DNA of 52,682 bases, from positions 110,768,038 to 110,820,719 of the forward strand of contig NC_068981.1 of the NCBI RefSeq assembly GCF_001194135.2, given 5' to 3'. A program made the translations under genes and the position numbers. Source of the stretch: Octopus bimaculoides. Its lineage: Eukaryota. Shown here piece after piece: positions 35,173 to 46,679 of the stretch (position 1 is its first letter; each line of letters begins with the position of its first letter). Below the pieces are notes generated by a model. It did no database searches, was not told the DNA's origin, and was given only the letters and a program-made list of their open reading frames with translations.

Positions 35173-37240
35173 ATTTACTTATTGATGTCATTACTTCATC
35201 TATTGAGGGCAAAGAGTCTAAGGAGCCAAAGATAGGTCTTTGTTGCATAGTATCAATCACTGTTTCATCCACAATTGACTCATGGTTTAGGAGTTCAGAG
35301 AAGTGTTTGATCCAGCGACCTGTGATTTCTGTTGATTTAGTAAACAGGGTGGAAGACTCCTTGGAAAGCAAAGGAGCTGATGTGGAGCTCTTAGGTCCAT
35401 AAGCTCGCTTCATAAGATGGTGAAGCTTCTTGCTGTCATTTGCATCAGCAGCAGCCTGAACATCACGAGCAAGATCCTCCCACCAAGTGTTCTGCCTCTT
35501 CCTGAGAGATCGCTGCAGTAGTGATTTTGCACTGTAGACAGTTCTCTGTAGCAATACACTGTGAGCATGGTGCTTTACCACCAATAGTCGCTGAACTTCA
35601 GCATCATTCTCGTCAAACCAGTCTCTGTGTCTGGCAGTAATATATCCCAGGGTTTTGGCTGCACATTGTAGAACGTGGTCTCGAAAATCCTCCCATGCTG
35701 CAGCAGTTTCAATACTGGACAAGCGAGTCTGAAGTTCTTTCCTAACCACAACATCATATACCTTGTGGACATTTAGACGGTGAAGAATGCTGACTGGTCC
35801 TCTTCTCCCTTTCACTCTAATTACCATTCGGAACTTTGCTTGCACCAGACTGTGGTGTGTTCAACATTCTGATCCATGGAAGGATTTGACATTACAAATG
35901 TCATAAATGTCGCACTTGCAGATGATGACATAATCCAGCAAGTGCCAAACTTTGGACCTTGGATGCATCCACGTTGTTGTGTGATCACCTTTATGCACAA
36001 AATGAGTGCTTGCGATGTAAAGTCCCTGTTCTTCGCAAAGCTCCAGTAGCTTGAGACCATTGCTATTAATTTTCCCTACTCCAAAACGTCCTAGAGAGTT
36101 CCCTGTTTGCCTGTCTGTTCCAACCCTGGCATTAAAATCTCCCAGTAGAATGACTTTATCAGAATTGGGGATTTTTCTAAGTATGGCTCTCAGCTGGGTA
36201 TAAAAGATTGTATTATCTTCATCACAGCTAGTCAGAGTAGGTGCATAGGCACTTGTTAGAGTAGCAAACCGCTTACCTTTCAAGTACAACCATAGCGTCA
36301 TTATACTTTCATTTATAGGGACAGGGAGCTCTTCCAACTTCTTAAAGATATCAGATCGGACTGCAAAACCAACACCAGCCTCTCTGCGCTCCTCCTTCTG
36401 CCTTCCCTTCCAAAAAAAGGTGTATCCACCTCCTACTTCATCAAGCTGGTCATCGTCTTCTAGACGAGTCTCTGAGAGTGCAGCTATATCAATTTTATAA
36501 CGGTCCAGCTCATGAGCAATAAGTGCAGTGCATCTTTCAGGCCTACAATCACTCATGTTGTCCAACAGAGTGCGTACATTCCAACATGAAATGTTTAAGT
36601 TCCGTCCAGATTTTATAAATAAAAGACTCTTTGTTTTTCAAGTGCAGGGTGGACATCTGTCAGTTGCGCTAAACTGACCAGATAAGGAAAGACAGGCAAT
36701 TTTTGGTTCAAAAATTAAAAACGCATATATCGAACAGAGGTCGGCAATGCCTGTGCAGAATTTTAGGTCCAATAAGGCTTGCACAACACCTCATAGACCC
36801 TCTCCACTTTATTGACATTATCCAGAGACAAGCTGGAGCAAGATGTCTGGCGCCAATCTGAGTCGCAGGCTCAGGGATGTGGGAGTGCCGTGATCTCTAG
36901 CACAAACCAAAGATCCCCAAAATGTCCAATGCCATTCCCTGCATATTTGGTTTTATATCAGAGTGACCTTCTCCTAGAGACATGCTTCAACAAAAGCTGA
37001 GGGGTGCCTCACTCCCAGTGGTCTTTCAGCATGCCAGACACCATCCCGGAGTTTCTGCGTACCTGTGCTATTGCTAGATAGCCGTTGAGCCTGCACTAGG
37101 TTCATCCGAGCTTTCAACAGGTCTTGTTTTTAATCCTGCTGGGTTTCTAGCAACCCTCCTCATCAGGGTAGCCTGGTGGGGGTGCCAGTTTAGTCACCGG
37201 CACCCTGATCATGCAACAGGTTGTACTGGATTACATGTTA
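35173..37240 (-). mobile_element. 5' half of a BovB-like RTE: 5' UTR, APE endonuclease and linker
   Basis: WNVRTL, RPERCTALIAHELDRYKIDIAALSETRL, SAYAPTL, LLGDFNARVG, TTWMHPRSKVWHLLDY, RHRDWFDEND. Confidence 0.9.
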
Positions 37241-38082
37241 CCAGTAGCACTTATGAGAGCCTCATATGTGACCATACATACATACATACATACATACATA
37301 CATGCATGCATAGGCAAACACACACACTGACCCACACACATGTGCACAAACAAACAAAAAGGAACGCGGTGTAAATAACGGACAGTCAAACTATTGGAAA
37401 GGTTGCAAGATGCAATGAAAATTTTAGGAGAATAAAAATAAGGAATAAGTGCAAATTTTACCGGTGAGTGTGTTAAATTATTAGGCACAAAAAGAAAATG
37501 ACTCTCTCCAGACACAACAGAATACTATAAAAGTAATAAAAATTTCTTGTTGATGTTAAAAACGGTATACCAATAGCCACTGAAGCATAGACCATCCCAA
37601 TGACCAGTGAAATGATGCTGTATCACAAATTTAGTTATTATAATTTAGGCAATGTGTTACAAAATATTGTCAATAATTCACCATAATATGCATCAACACG
37701 TCTGGCTTCTTGAACATAAACACGACCGATGTTACATCGGCATCAGTTATTTCACAAGAACTAACATGATATCAAGTATAATTTTGCTATTTTTTAAAAT
37801 GCATTTGTAGATTTTACTTACAGTTAGAAAAAATATTTATTAGTGACAGAGCAGTATTAAAACTGAGAGGTAATATTTATTCCCACTTAAGCATAGATGT
37901 TCAGTTAGAACAAACTATCCTGTGGTAGTCACCATGAGAGAAACTTTCATATTGTCAAAATGTACACTTGTTCATATTGCTAGTGGGAAAAAAATCTCTA
38001 CCACCGCCAGTATATATAGATACACACAAACACACAATAATGATTCACAATCCAAATTAATCAAATTCTGTCATGTATCATG

Positions 38083-38148
38083 CAGATAAATTAAAATTAC
38101 AGATAGATTAAAATTACAGATAAATTAAAATTACAGATAAATAAAAAT
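38083..38148. repeat. 17-bp tandem repeat (CAGATAAATTAAAATTA) about 4 copies
   Basis: Directly visible. Confidence 0.85.
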
Positions 38149-38290
38149 GAGGTAAAGTTATAAAATACCCGCACCCACTTATTACACTTGGTCTAACACT
38201 AGTGTAACAATAATTGGGTACCCTCCCAGAAGTATATTGGATAAATACTATCCCTTAGTGGGTTGAATCCTCAACCCCTAACTCTCTTGC

Positions 38291-38325
<35 letters not shown>

Positions 38326-38334
38326 AGAGAGAGA

Positions 38335-39815
38335 CAAAACACAAACACCTTCAGGTAGATGGCTCTACTCAATCTGTAGAAAATGCATAGGTAGAAACTC
38401 TGTAAGATGTACCCAGTGTAAGCTATCGACACAAGAGGTGCAGCAATATCAAAGGAAGGCTAACTAGGAAGTTAGTTTTTGTATGTGGCAGATGTTCAGG
38501 TGCAATAAACACTGAAAATGTGCAGAAAACAACTTCTGCCATATTCCAGGGAGAAAAACTAGACGTAGTTGATAGCTTCTGTTATCTAGGTGACCAAGTT
38601 AGTAGTGGGGGTGGGTGCGCTGAAAGTGTAGCTGCTAGAATAAGAATAGCCTGGGCAAAGTTCAGAGAGCTCTTACCTCTGCTGGTGACAAAGGGCCTCT
38701 CACTCAGAGTAAAAGGCAGACTGTATGACGCATGTGTATGAACAGCCATGCTACATGGCAGTGAAACATGGGCCGTGACTGCTGAGAACATGCATAAGGA
38801 ATGAAGCCAGTATACTCCGATAGATGTGTAATGTAAGTGTGCATACTCGACAGAGTGTAAATACCTTGAGAGAAAAGTTGGACCCAAGAAGCATCAGTTG
38901 TGGTGTGCAAGAGAGACAATTGCGCTAGTATTGTCATGTGGTGAGAATGGATGAGGATAGCTGTCTGAAAAAGTGCCACACCCTAGCAGTTGAGGGAACC
39001 TGTGGAAGAGGTAGACCCAGGAAGACCTTGGATGAGGTGGTGAAGCATGACCTTTGAACATTAGGCCTCACCAAGGCAATGACCTGTGACCAAGACCTCT
39101 GGAAATATGCTGTGCATGAGAAGAACCGGCAAGCCAAGTGAGACCATAATTTGAGGCCTCTGCCAGGGGTGTAGCCAGCCCACTTATGCGTACCTTTCCT
39201 TTATTGGACACTAAACTCCACTTTCGAAGACCTGTTGAGGCAAGTGAAATCGAAATCGAACCAAATTCGATGACTGGCACCCGTGCCAACTTCTCCTTCA
39301 TTGAACACTAAACTTGGTTTGCGATGACCTGTTGGGGCAAGTAAAATCAAAATCGTGATGGCACCGGTACCAGTGGAGCGATAAGAGCACCGTCTGAGTG
39401 TGATCATTGCTAGAGCAGCCGTCTGGCTTCCGTGCCAGTGGCACATAAATAGCACCACTAGAGCATGATCATTAGCAGTGTTGCCTTGGTGGCACATGAA
39501 AAAACATTCGAGCGAGGTCATTGCCAGTGCTGCTGGACTGGCTCTTGTGCAGGTGGCATGTAAAATATACCATTTTGAGCGTGGCTGTTGCCAGTACCGT
39601 CTGACTGGCCTTTGTGCTGGTGGCACGTAAAAGCACCCACTACACTCTTGGAGTGGTTGGCATTAGGAAGGGCACCCAACTGTAGAAACTCTGCCAGATC
39701 AGATTGGAGCATGGTATAGCCATCTAGTTCGCCAGTCCTCAGTCAAATCGTCCAACCCAAGCTAGCATGGAAGGCAGACATTAAACAATAATGATGATAA
39801 AGATGATGATGATAT
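38335..39815 (+). mobile_element. 5'-truncated RTE copy with 3' UTR and degenerate (GAT)n tail
   Basis: Similar to reverse complement of 1389-2930. Confidence 0.9.
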
Positions 39816-39974
39816 ATATTTAATTGTTGGGTATGTTCCTAGTAGTAAGCTGATGAAACACATTCACTGCCTATGGCTACCTGATGTCATCCATGGTGTT
39901 AATACAATTATCACTGGATCTCCATCAGGAATTCTTCAGTGGAAAATGGCATGTATGAGAAACTTTATTGCTCA

Positions 39975-40125
39975 CAATGATCGTTTTGACGCATCTTGCG
40001 TCAGTCCCTCATCTCATGGATGGGATAGTGTACAACTGATTGTGGTGCATCCCTTGGTGCAGATGTATTTCCTCAGGTGATGTTATAAGGGGTATCTCAG
40101 TAAATAAACACTGTTTCCCTTGGTT
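39975..40125 (+). repeat. Diverged copy of part of the 192-941 fold-back arm
   Basis: catcccttggtgcagatgtatttcctc.ggtgat...ggtatctca..aaataaac matches 315-380. Confidence 0.6.
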
Positions 40126-40562
40126 TTTAATGTAGTATGTTTAAGTTATTAGGCAGGAATGGTGAAGGATGGATTCTGTTAAAACTTTGTAGACAAAGAT
40201 AAAGAGTAATTAAGATAAATAAGACGAGAAATAAAAATAAAACATACAATAAAGTAAAACATTATTTGCATTAGTACCCACATATAGTTACTTCCATACC
40301 CACACAAGCTGTTTCGTGTACAAACACACCCTCCCATATTGAGAGTTAAATAGATGTTATTAAACTCTTTGATACATGGCCTACCACTCTCACATTATGC
40401 TGTGATACAAGAATGGCCCCAGCAGTTCTGACCGACTTGGTCAGAGGCATTTGTTGGTCGTAAATCTTTTAGTGGCTATTGTACTCACATAGATATATTG
40501 CATATATCACTACATACACTTATATACATGTGAATATATACATGCATATATACACACACACA

Positions 40563-41545
40563 CCATCATCATCATCATTTAATGTTCGTTATCCATGCTA
40601 GCTTGGGTTGCATAGTTTGACCAGGGCTGGTAATCTGGAAGATTGCACCATACTCCAATCTGATTTGGCATGGTTTTCTATGGCTGGATGCCCTTCCTAA
40701 CACCAACTTCTCCAAGAGTGTAATGGGAGCTTTTCGTGCCACTGGTATGGGGGACATTTGCATGACACCAGTATCTGCCACAACTATGATTTTGCTTGTC
40801 GTGATGGGTCTTATTCTCAAGCATGACATACTACCAAAAGTCTTGGCCATTGCCTCTGTGAGATCCAACACTTGAAAGGAACTCAGCCACTTTGCCTCCG
40901 TGAAGCTCAATGCTTGAAAGGAAATTGGCCACTTTGCCTCTGTAAAGTCCAACACTCGAAAGAAATTTGGCCATTTTGCCTCCATGAAGCCCAATGCTCT
41001 AAAGGAACTCAGCCACTTTACCTCCATGAGGCCCAATGCTCAAAAGGAACTCAGCCACTTTGTTTCTGTTAGGTTCAGCATTCAAAATGAACTATGCCAC
41101 TTTGCCTCCATGAGGCCCAAAGCTTGAAAAGAACTCAGGCACTTTGCCTCCATGAGGCCCAATGCTCCACTGGTGCTCTTTATGTGCCATTGGCATGGGT
41201 GTCAGTTATGTGACACCACCATCAGCTATGACTACGATTTCACTTGGCTTGACGGGTCTTCTCAAGCACAGCATATTACCAAAGGTCTTGATCACTAGTC
41301 ATTGCCTCTGTGAGGCTTAAAGTTCGAAGATCATGTTTCACCACTTAGTCCCATGTTTTCCTGGATCTACCTCTCCCATAGTTTCCCTCCACAGTTAGAG
41401 ATTAGCACTTCTTTGCACAACTGTCCTCATCCATATGCATCACATGACCATACTAGTGCAGTCTCTCCTGCACACCACATCTGATGCCTCTTATGCCTAT
41501 ATTTTCTCTCAAGATGCTTACACTCTGTTGAACATGCACACTGAC
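40563..41545 (-). mobile_element. Diverged RTE 3' fragment carrying a 42-bp tandem array
   Basis: (CAT)n tail at 40563, 3' UTR motifs, ORF-end homology at 41270-41545. Confidence 0.8.
40843..41168. repeat. 42-bp minisatellite, about 7.7 copies
   Basis: Unit AAAGGAACTCAGCCACTTTGCCTCCATGAGGCCCAATGCTCA, contiguous with no spacers. Confidence 0.9.
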
Positions 41546-41561
41546 ATTGATATCCAGCGAA

Positions 41562-41592
<31 letters not shown>

Positions 41593-41649
41593 ATATGTAT
41601 ACACATATATATATATATATATAGAATAAGAACTTATAGTGAAGATGAT

Positions 41650-44600
41650 TGTTGTATTCCTCTCGGGGGACTCGCAGAGAAGACACAACAAGTTGTACTG
41701 TCTAGTTATCACATTTATTTATTAACTATAAACAAAGAACTCACTCACCGAATTGTTAGTTATCAAGAAACAAGAATGTTGTCCTCGCCATATATATCCC
41801 AATAACCTTCAACCTCGACAGTAATTCAAAACAACAATGAAATAGGGACCTCAGATGAACTACATTGAAATATGGGGCTTCAGACGAACAACAAACAAAT
41901 CTAACAGTCCATATAACACCTCCCAACTGAAATTGATGCTACACAAGAAGTATCAACAGCAAAGTCTCTCTTGGGTTTTACGGGTTCTCTTGGACCGTCT
42001 TGGGTTGTCTGGTCCATACTCCAGAACGGGTAACATGGTCTTGGGTCTGGTTTGTCTTTGAGTTAGTGGCACAGTTTCCGAGATCTCCATCGGGTGATCT
42101 GTTGCAAATTCAAATACAGTGTCTTCTGCATCACCAGGTTCATTGTCTTCCTCAATTGTGTACCGCGGTCGCAGCTGTTCCCAGTGTCGTCTCCACATCG
42201 GGCCATGAGGTATGACCTTGACGTTAAAGCAGCGAGTACCCAATGACTTCTTAATGATTGCTGGTACCCATCGGGGATCTTTGTCTCGGCGAGGTCCATA
42301 GTATAGTGCATACACAGGATCTCCGGCCTTGTACTGCCTGGTAACTTTAGCGACATCAGCCGAGCCCGGAGTCACCTGAGACTTATATGCTTCCTTAGAT
42401 TGTTTGCCTTGAGTGATGTGTGCTGGCGATGGCATCAGAGAATCAATCCTTGTTCGTATCTGCCGGTGATTCAAAAGTTGACTTGGAGAGAATCCACAGG
42501 ATGTCAGTGTTCTCCGGTACTGCATCAAGAACTCTTGAAGTGCTCGTGTCGGCGGAAGAGAAGATTTCCTCAGAGCTTGTTTGAAGGTCTGCACCAAACG
42601 TTCTGCTGCTCCGTTGGTAGCTGGGTGGTAAGGTGCCCCTGTCAGGTGTGTGATCCCACGTTCTTTGTACCAGCTCTGGAACTCCTCAGACGTAAAAGTT
42701 GGTGCGTTATCGGTGACCAGTGTGTGAGGAAATCCAAAGTGCACAAAGTCTTCTTCAAGCAGATTTAAAGTGGCTTTGGAGGACGTGGAGGAAATAGGAT
42801 GAATGCATGGGTACTTGGAATAAGCATCTGTGATCACCAGCCAATCTCTACCCATAAAATTTATTGCGTGGTCCAGGCGTAAGCGGCTCCACGGCTTTTC
42901 TGGTAACATCCATCGGTGAACTGGAGGCTTAGATGGCTGCCTTTGATGTTCATTNNNNNNNNNNAAGCTATGTGGAATCACAACTCTAGATCCATGTATA
43001 AGGCATCCATGGCAGATACTGAGTGAGTTTGATAACTTCCGGAACTTGTTGACTTCGTCATTGATCTCCATGTTCTCTGGTGGCCAGCCTTCACGGACGT
43101 AGCGCATCACTGTAGATATCACTGGATCTTTCCCTGACTCTTGATGGAGGACGTTAGCATCCACAGGTTGGACTTGAATACTGAGAGCTTTGATGGCACA
43201 CACCATGTCTATGTCTTCACCATTTTCCTTTCTGTCAAAGTCGTTGTCATTACCGAATGGCAAGCGACTGAAGGCATCTGCATTGCCATAATCTGCTGAT
43301 TTCTGATATTCAATGGTGTAGTCAAACTGGTTCAGCCACAGGGCTCACCGTGCTAGTCTGTTAGCAGCAAGAAGTGGCGTCCCTTTCCTTGGACTGAACA
43401 GTGATGTCAGTGGCTTGTGGTCACTCACGAGTATGAATTTATGACCGTACAAATACTGGTAAAACTTCTGCAAACCAAATATGATAGGCAAGGCTTCCTT
43501 TTGAATTTGGCTGTAGTTACACTGTGCAGAAGTGAGAGTCTTGGACATATTGGATATTGGGCGCTCGCTTCCATCAGGATAGCGGTGAAACAGGACTGCT
43601 CCAATACCAACGTTTGATGCGTCGCAAGCCAGTCCCAAAGTTTTGTTTGGATCGAAGTGTATCAGAACTTGACTCGATGAAAGTACATTTTTCAAGTGAT
43701 CAAAAACTGACTGTTCCTCATCTCCCCACTTCCAAATAGTTGACTTTTTCGTAAGGCAATAGAGTGGCTCTGCTATACTGGCTAGGTTTGGGATAAACTT
43801 TCCATAAAACTGAACTGAACCCAGGAAAGATTTCAAGCTTGAGTCGTTCATTGGAGGTGGCATCTTTAAGACTGTTTCGACCTTGGATCCCTTCGTGATC
43901 CCTTCAGCTGACAAAATGTGTCCAAGGTATTCTACACTGGGTAGTGCAAACTGGCACTTTTCACGGCGACATCTGAGTCCATTGTCACTTAGACATGTGA
44001 GCAGACACTTTAGGTTGTTTAGGTGACTGTTTGCATCTTTCCCACTGACGAGCATGTTGTCCTGGAAGATGGCCACTCCAGGTAGGTCATGGGTCAGGTT
44101 TTCCATGATCTCCTGAAAGTAACCAGGTGCTGACTTGATTCCGAAAGGGAGTCGTTGCTGCAGGAGTACTCCTCGGTGAGTGCTGAGTGCGAGTCTGCGT
44201 TGACTTACTGGAGCCAGCTTGATCTGATTATAGGCATCAGCAAGGTCAATCTTTGTATATCCGAATCCACCTCCGAGTTTCTGCATCAGTTCAACAGGGA
44301 GTGGCATTGGATGACAGTGATCTGCAAGTTGGTCATTAATTCCCACAGAGTAGTTACCACAAATCTGTAGTTTGGGCTTCAGGTTGCTTGAAGCATGTGC
44401 TTTACGAATCGGTACCACTGGCGTTCCGTATTCGTTGAACTGGACTGGCTTCCAGATTCCCTTGGCGATGCTTTCTTTGTAACCTTTGGCCAGGTCATCA
44501 CGAAGAGCAAACGGGACCGGACGTGCCTTGTGAAAGACTGGTGTTGCGTCTGATTTGAATTTCACTTCCAGTTCAAAGTTCTTGAGACATCCCAATTCTT

Positions 44601-46088
44601 GCTTGAAAAGATTTGGGAATTCATCACACATGTTGTGACAATCTTGTTGCAGGGAAACATAGGGCTCACTTGAGGTCTTTAGATATATCACTTCTGCACC
44701 TTCCCTCTTGGCTTGGCTGTCAATGCTTTTCAAACCTAGAGCAGTGTCCACAGAAATTCCCAGAGTCTGGATAGCATTTCGTCCCAGCAAATTAAGATCA
44801 GAGATTTTGGTGACGATGTATGGTATTAGATTCTGCTTACAGGTTGTTGGATCCTTGGTTTGGTCCATGCAAGTTCCCAGAACAGGCAGGTCGTGCTTGC
44901 TGGCAGATTCATAGCGATGCTTGACATCTTGCAGCTTTGGTTTTCCTAGTTGTTTCCAGACTGACAAGGAAACAAAATTGTCTGTAGTAGCAGTGTCCAA
45001 TTCCATTGTGAACAGTCTGTTCTGGATTGTTATTGGCACAATCAAACTATGAGCATCCTGGGAAACTTCGCCTACAATCACCTTGACTAGCTCAGCTTTT
45101 GTGATTCTTTTCACGGAAGTTTGTGAGTGGCCATTGTGTTGCTGATATTGCTTTTTCCTACACACCGCTTGCAAATGTCACTTTTTGTCACAAAAATGAC
45201 ATTTGGTTTCTNNNNNNNNNNTTATCCTGTGGGTTGGTAATCGATGGAAAATCACAGGTAGCCGCATCCTGACGTATACGTTTCGCCTGTCTTCCGTTGC
45301 ATATCACTCCAAAACTTGAGACGCTCTCTCGCAATGAAAAGTTTTGGGTCGAACGAACTGTTCCTTCATGAAGTCAACGATTTCATCCATTGTCAAGTTG
45401 TTGATATCTTTAGGCAGATTTTGTTGAGTAGCCAGATTAGCAAGTTGCTTGTAAATAGTAGTGGTCTGATTAGTCAGGAACACTTGTGCCATGCGTTGTT
45501 CAGGTACAGCATTAGCAGCCACAAACATGCGGAATCTTGACCAGTAACCAGGCCATAGTTCTGTCGTTGAATCAAATGCAGCAAATAGTGGAATCGACAC
45601 TGTTGTCGAAGCAGCTGAAAAATAGCCACTGGAATTGCTTTCAACTTGTCGGGCACCAAACAGTTTTAACAGTGTCCATATCTCTCTTATGTTGCTGCAT
45701 TTGCTGTTCCATTTGTTCCCTAAACAACTTTATCAGCTCTACTGTGTTTTTCCGCCATGTTATTAAGATGAACAATTTTACGGCAAAGTATGCATGTAAT
45801 CCTATCGGCGACGCCAATAAACTCTGTTGTATTCCTCTCGTGGGACTTGCAGAGAAAGCACGAGTTGTACTGTTTAGTTATCACATTTATTTATTAACTA
45901 TAAACAAAGAACTCACTCACCGAATGTTAGTTATCAAGAAACAAGAATGTTGTCCTCGCCATATATATCCCAATAACCTTCAACCTCGACAGTCATTCAA
46001 AACAACAACGAAACAGGGACCTCAGATGAACTACATTGAAATATGGGACTTCAGACGAATAACAACAAATCTAACAGTCCATATAACA
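41650..46088 (-). mobile_element. Complete Ty3/Gypsy (Mag-like) LTR retrotransposon, 4439 bp
   Basis: LTRs 41650-41918 and 45825-46088 (TG...CA), 5-bp TSD ATGAT, PBS-like TGGCGTCGCCGATAGGATT, PPT AGTTGGGAGG, gene order gag-PR-RT-RH-IN. Confidence 0.96.
41953..45758 (-). pseudogene. Gypsy gag-pol, disrupted
   Basis: Gag SIPLFAAFD..ELW..YWSRF; protease LDTAT; RT IDLADAY and FQDN (YxDD mutated); RNase H ACDAS, VSDHKPL; integrase RLRLD, VTDNAPTF, ATNGAAER. Confidence 0.92.
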
Positions 46089-46679
46089 ATGATACTCCAA
46101 CTGTTTTTTTTGTGCTCATTTATGAGCTAAGGAGTAATATAATTTTTAGTAGAAGATAAAAATTTTGGCTGTCAGTAATTTACATCCAAATAAACAGAAC
46201 CATGCTTCTAGTGATTTATAAGACATGATTGGATGGGATACGTTCCATTCATGTACTTTTAGGATCAATAAACACATGTATATATTAAATTAATTCAAAT
46301 AATAAAATGTAAATGAAATAAGACATTCTATTCAAACATATATAATGATGACATAAGATCATAAGAAGTGTGTATGCTTGTGTAGATACATGTATTCATG
46401 GGAGATGAAAAATTGTAAATAAAGTTCAGCAATACAAAATATCACGAAAAGTAAAAGTTAGTTAAAAAACCTACAGCCATTTCAGAAAATATTAAAGGCT
46501 GTAGGAACAGTTCATATACAGCTCCATCGAAATAATATTTTCTTATTTAGGGTTCTCTGTTCATGGTAAAGTTCAGTTATGCTCTACATGATGAATTCCT
46601 GTTGGTGAGTAGACGTTGAATGGTTATATAATTAAGAAATATAATTGACAATAAATGCAGGATCATCCAAAATTAAGAT

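Noticed and set aside
37140-37170. CTGATGA...GAAAC hammerhead-like core on the - strand
   Set aside because: The 12 nt between the motifs cannot form stem II and no matching stem III/UH site is present.
38160-38290. Short hairpins (e.g. GGGTTGA-ATCC-TCAACCC then CTAA) suggestive of a Helitron end
   Set aside because: Spacing to CTRR is atypical and I found no 5' TC end or Rep/helicase remnant.
40843-41168. Regular 42-bp repeats resembling a CRISPR array
   Set aside because: There are no unique spacers and no cas genes, the context is eukaryotic, and the units derive from RTE sequence.
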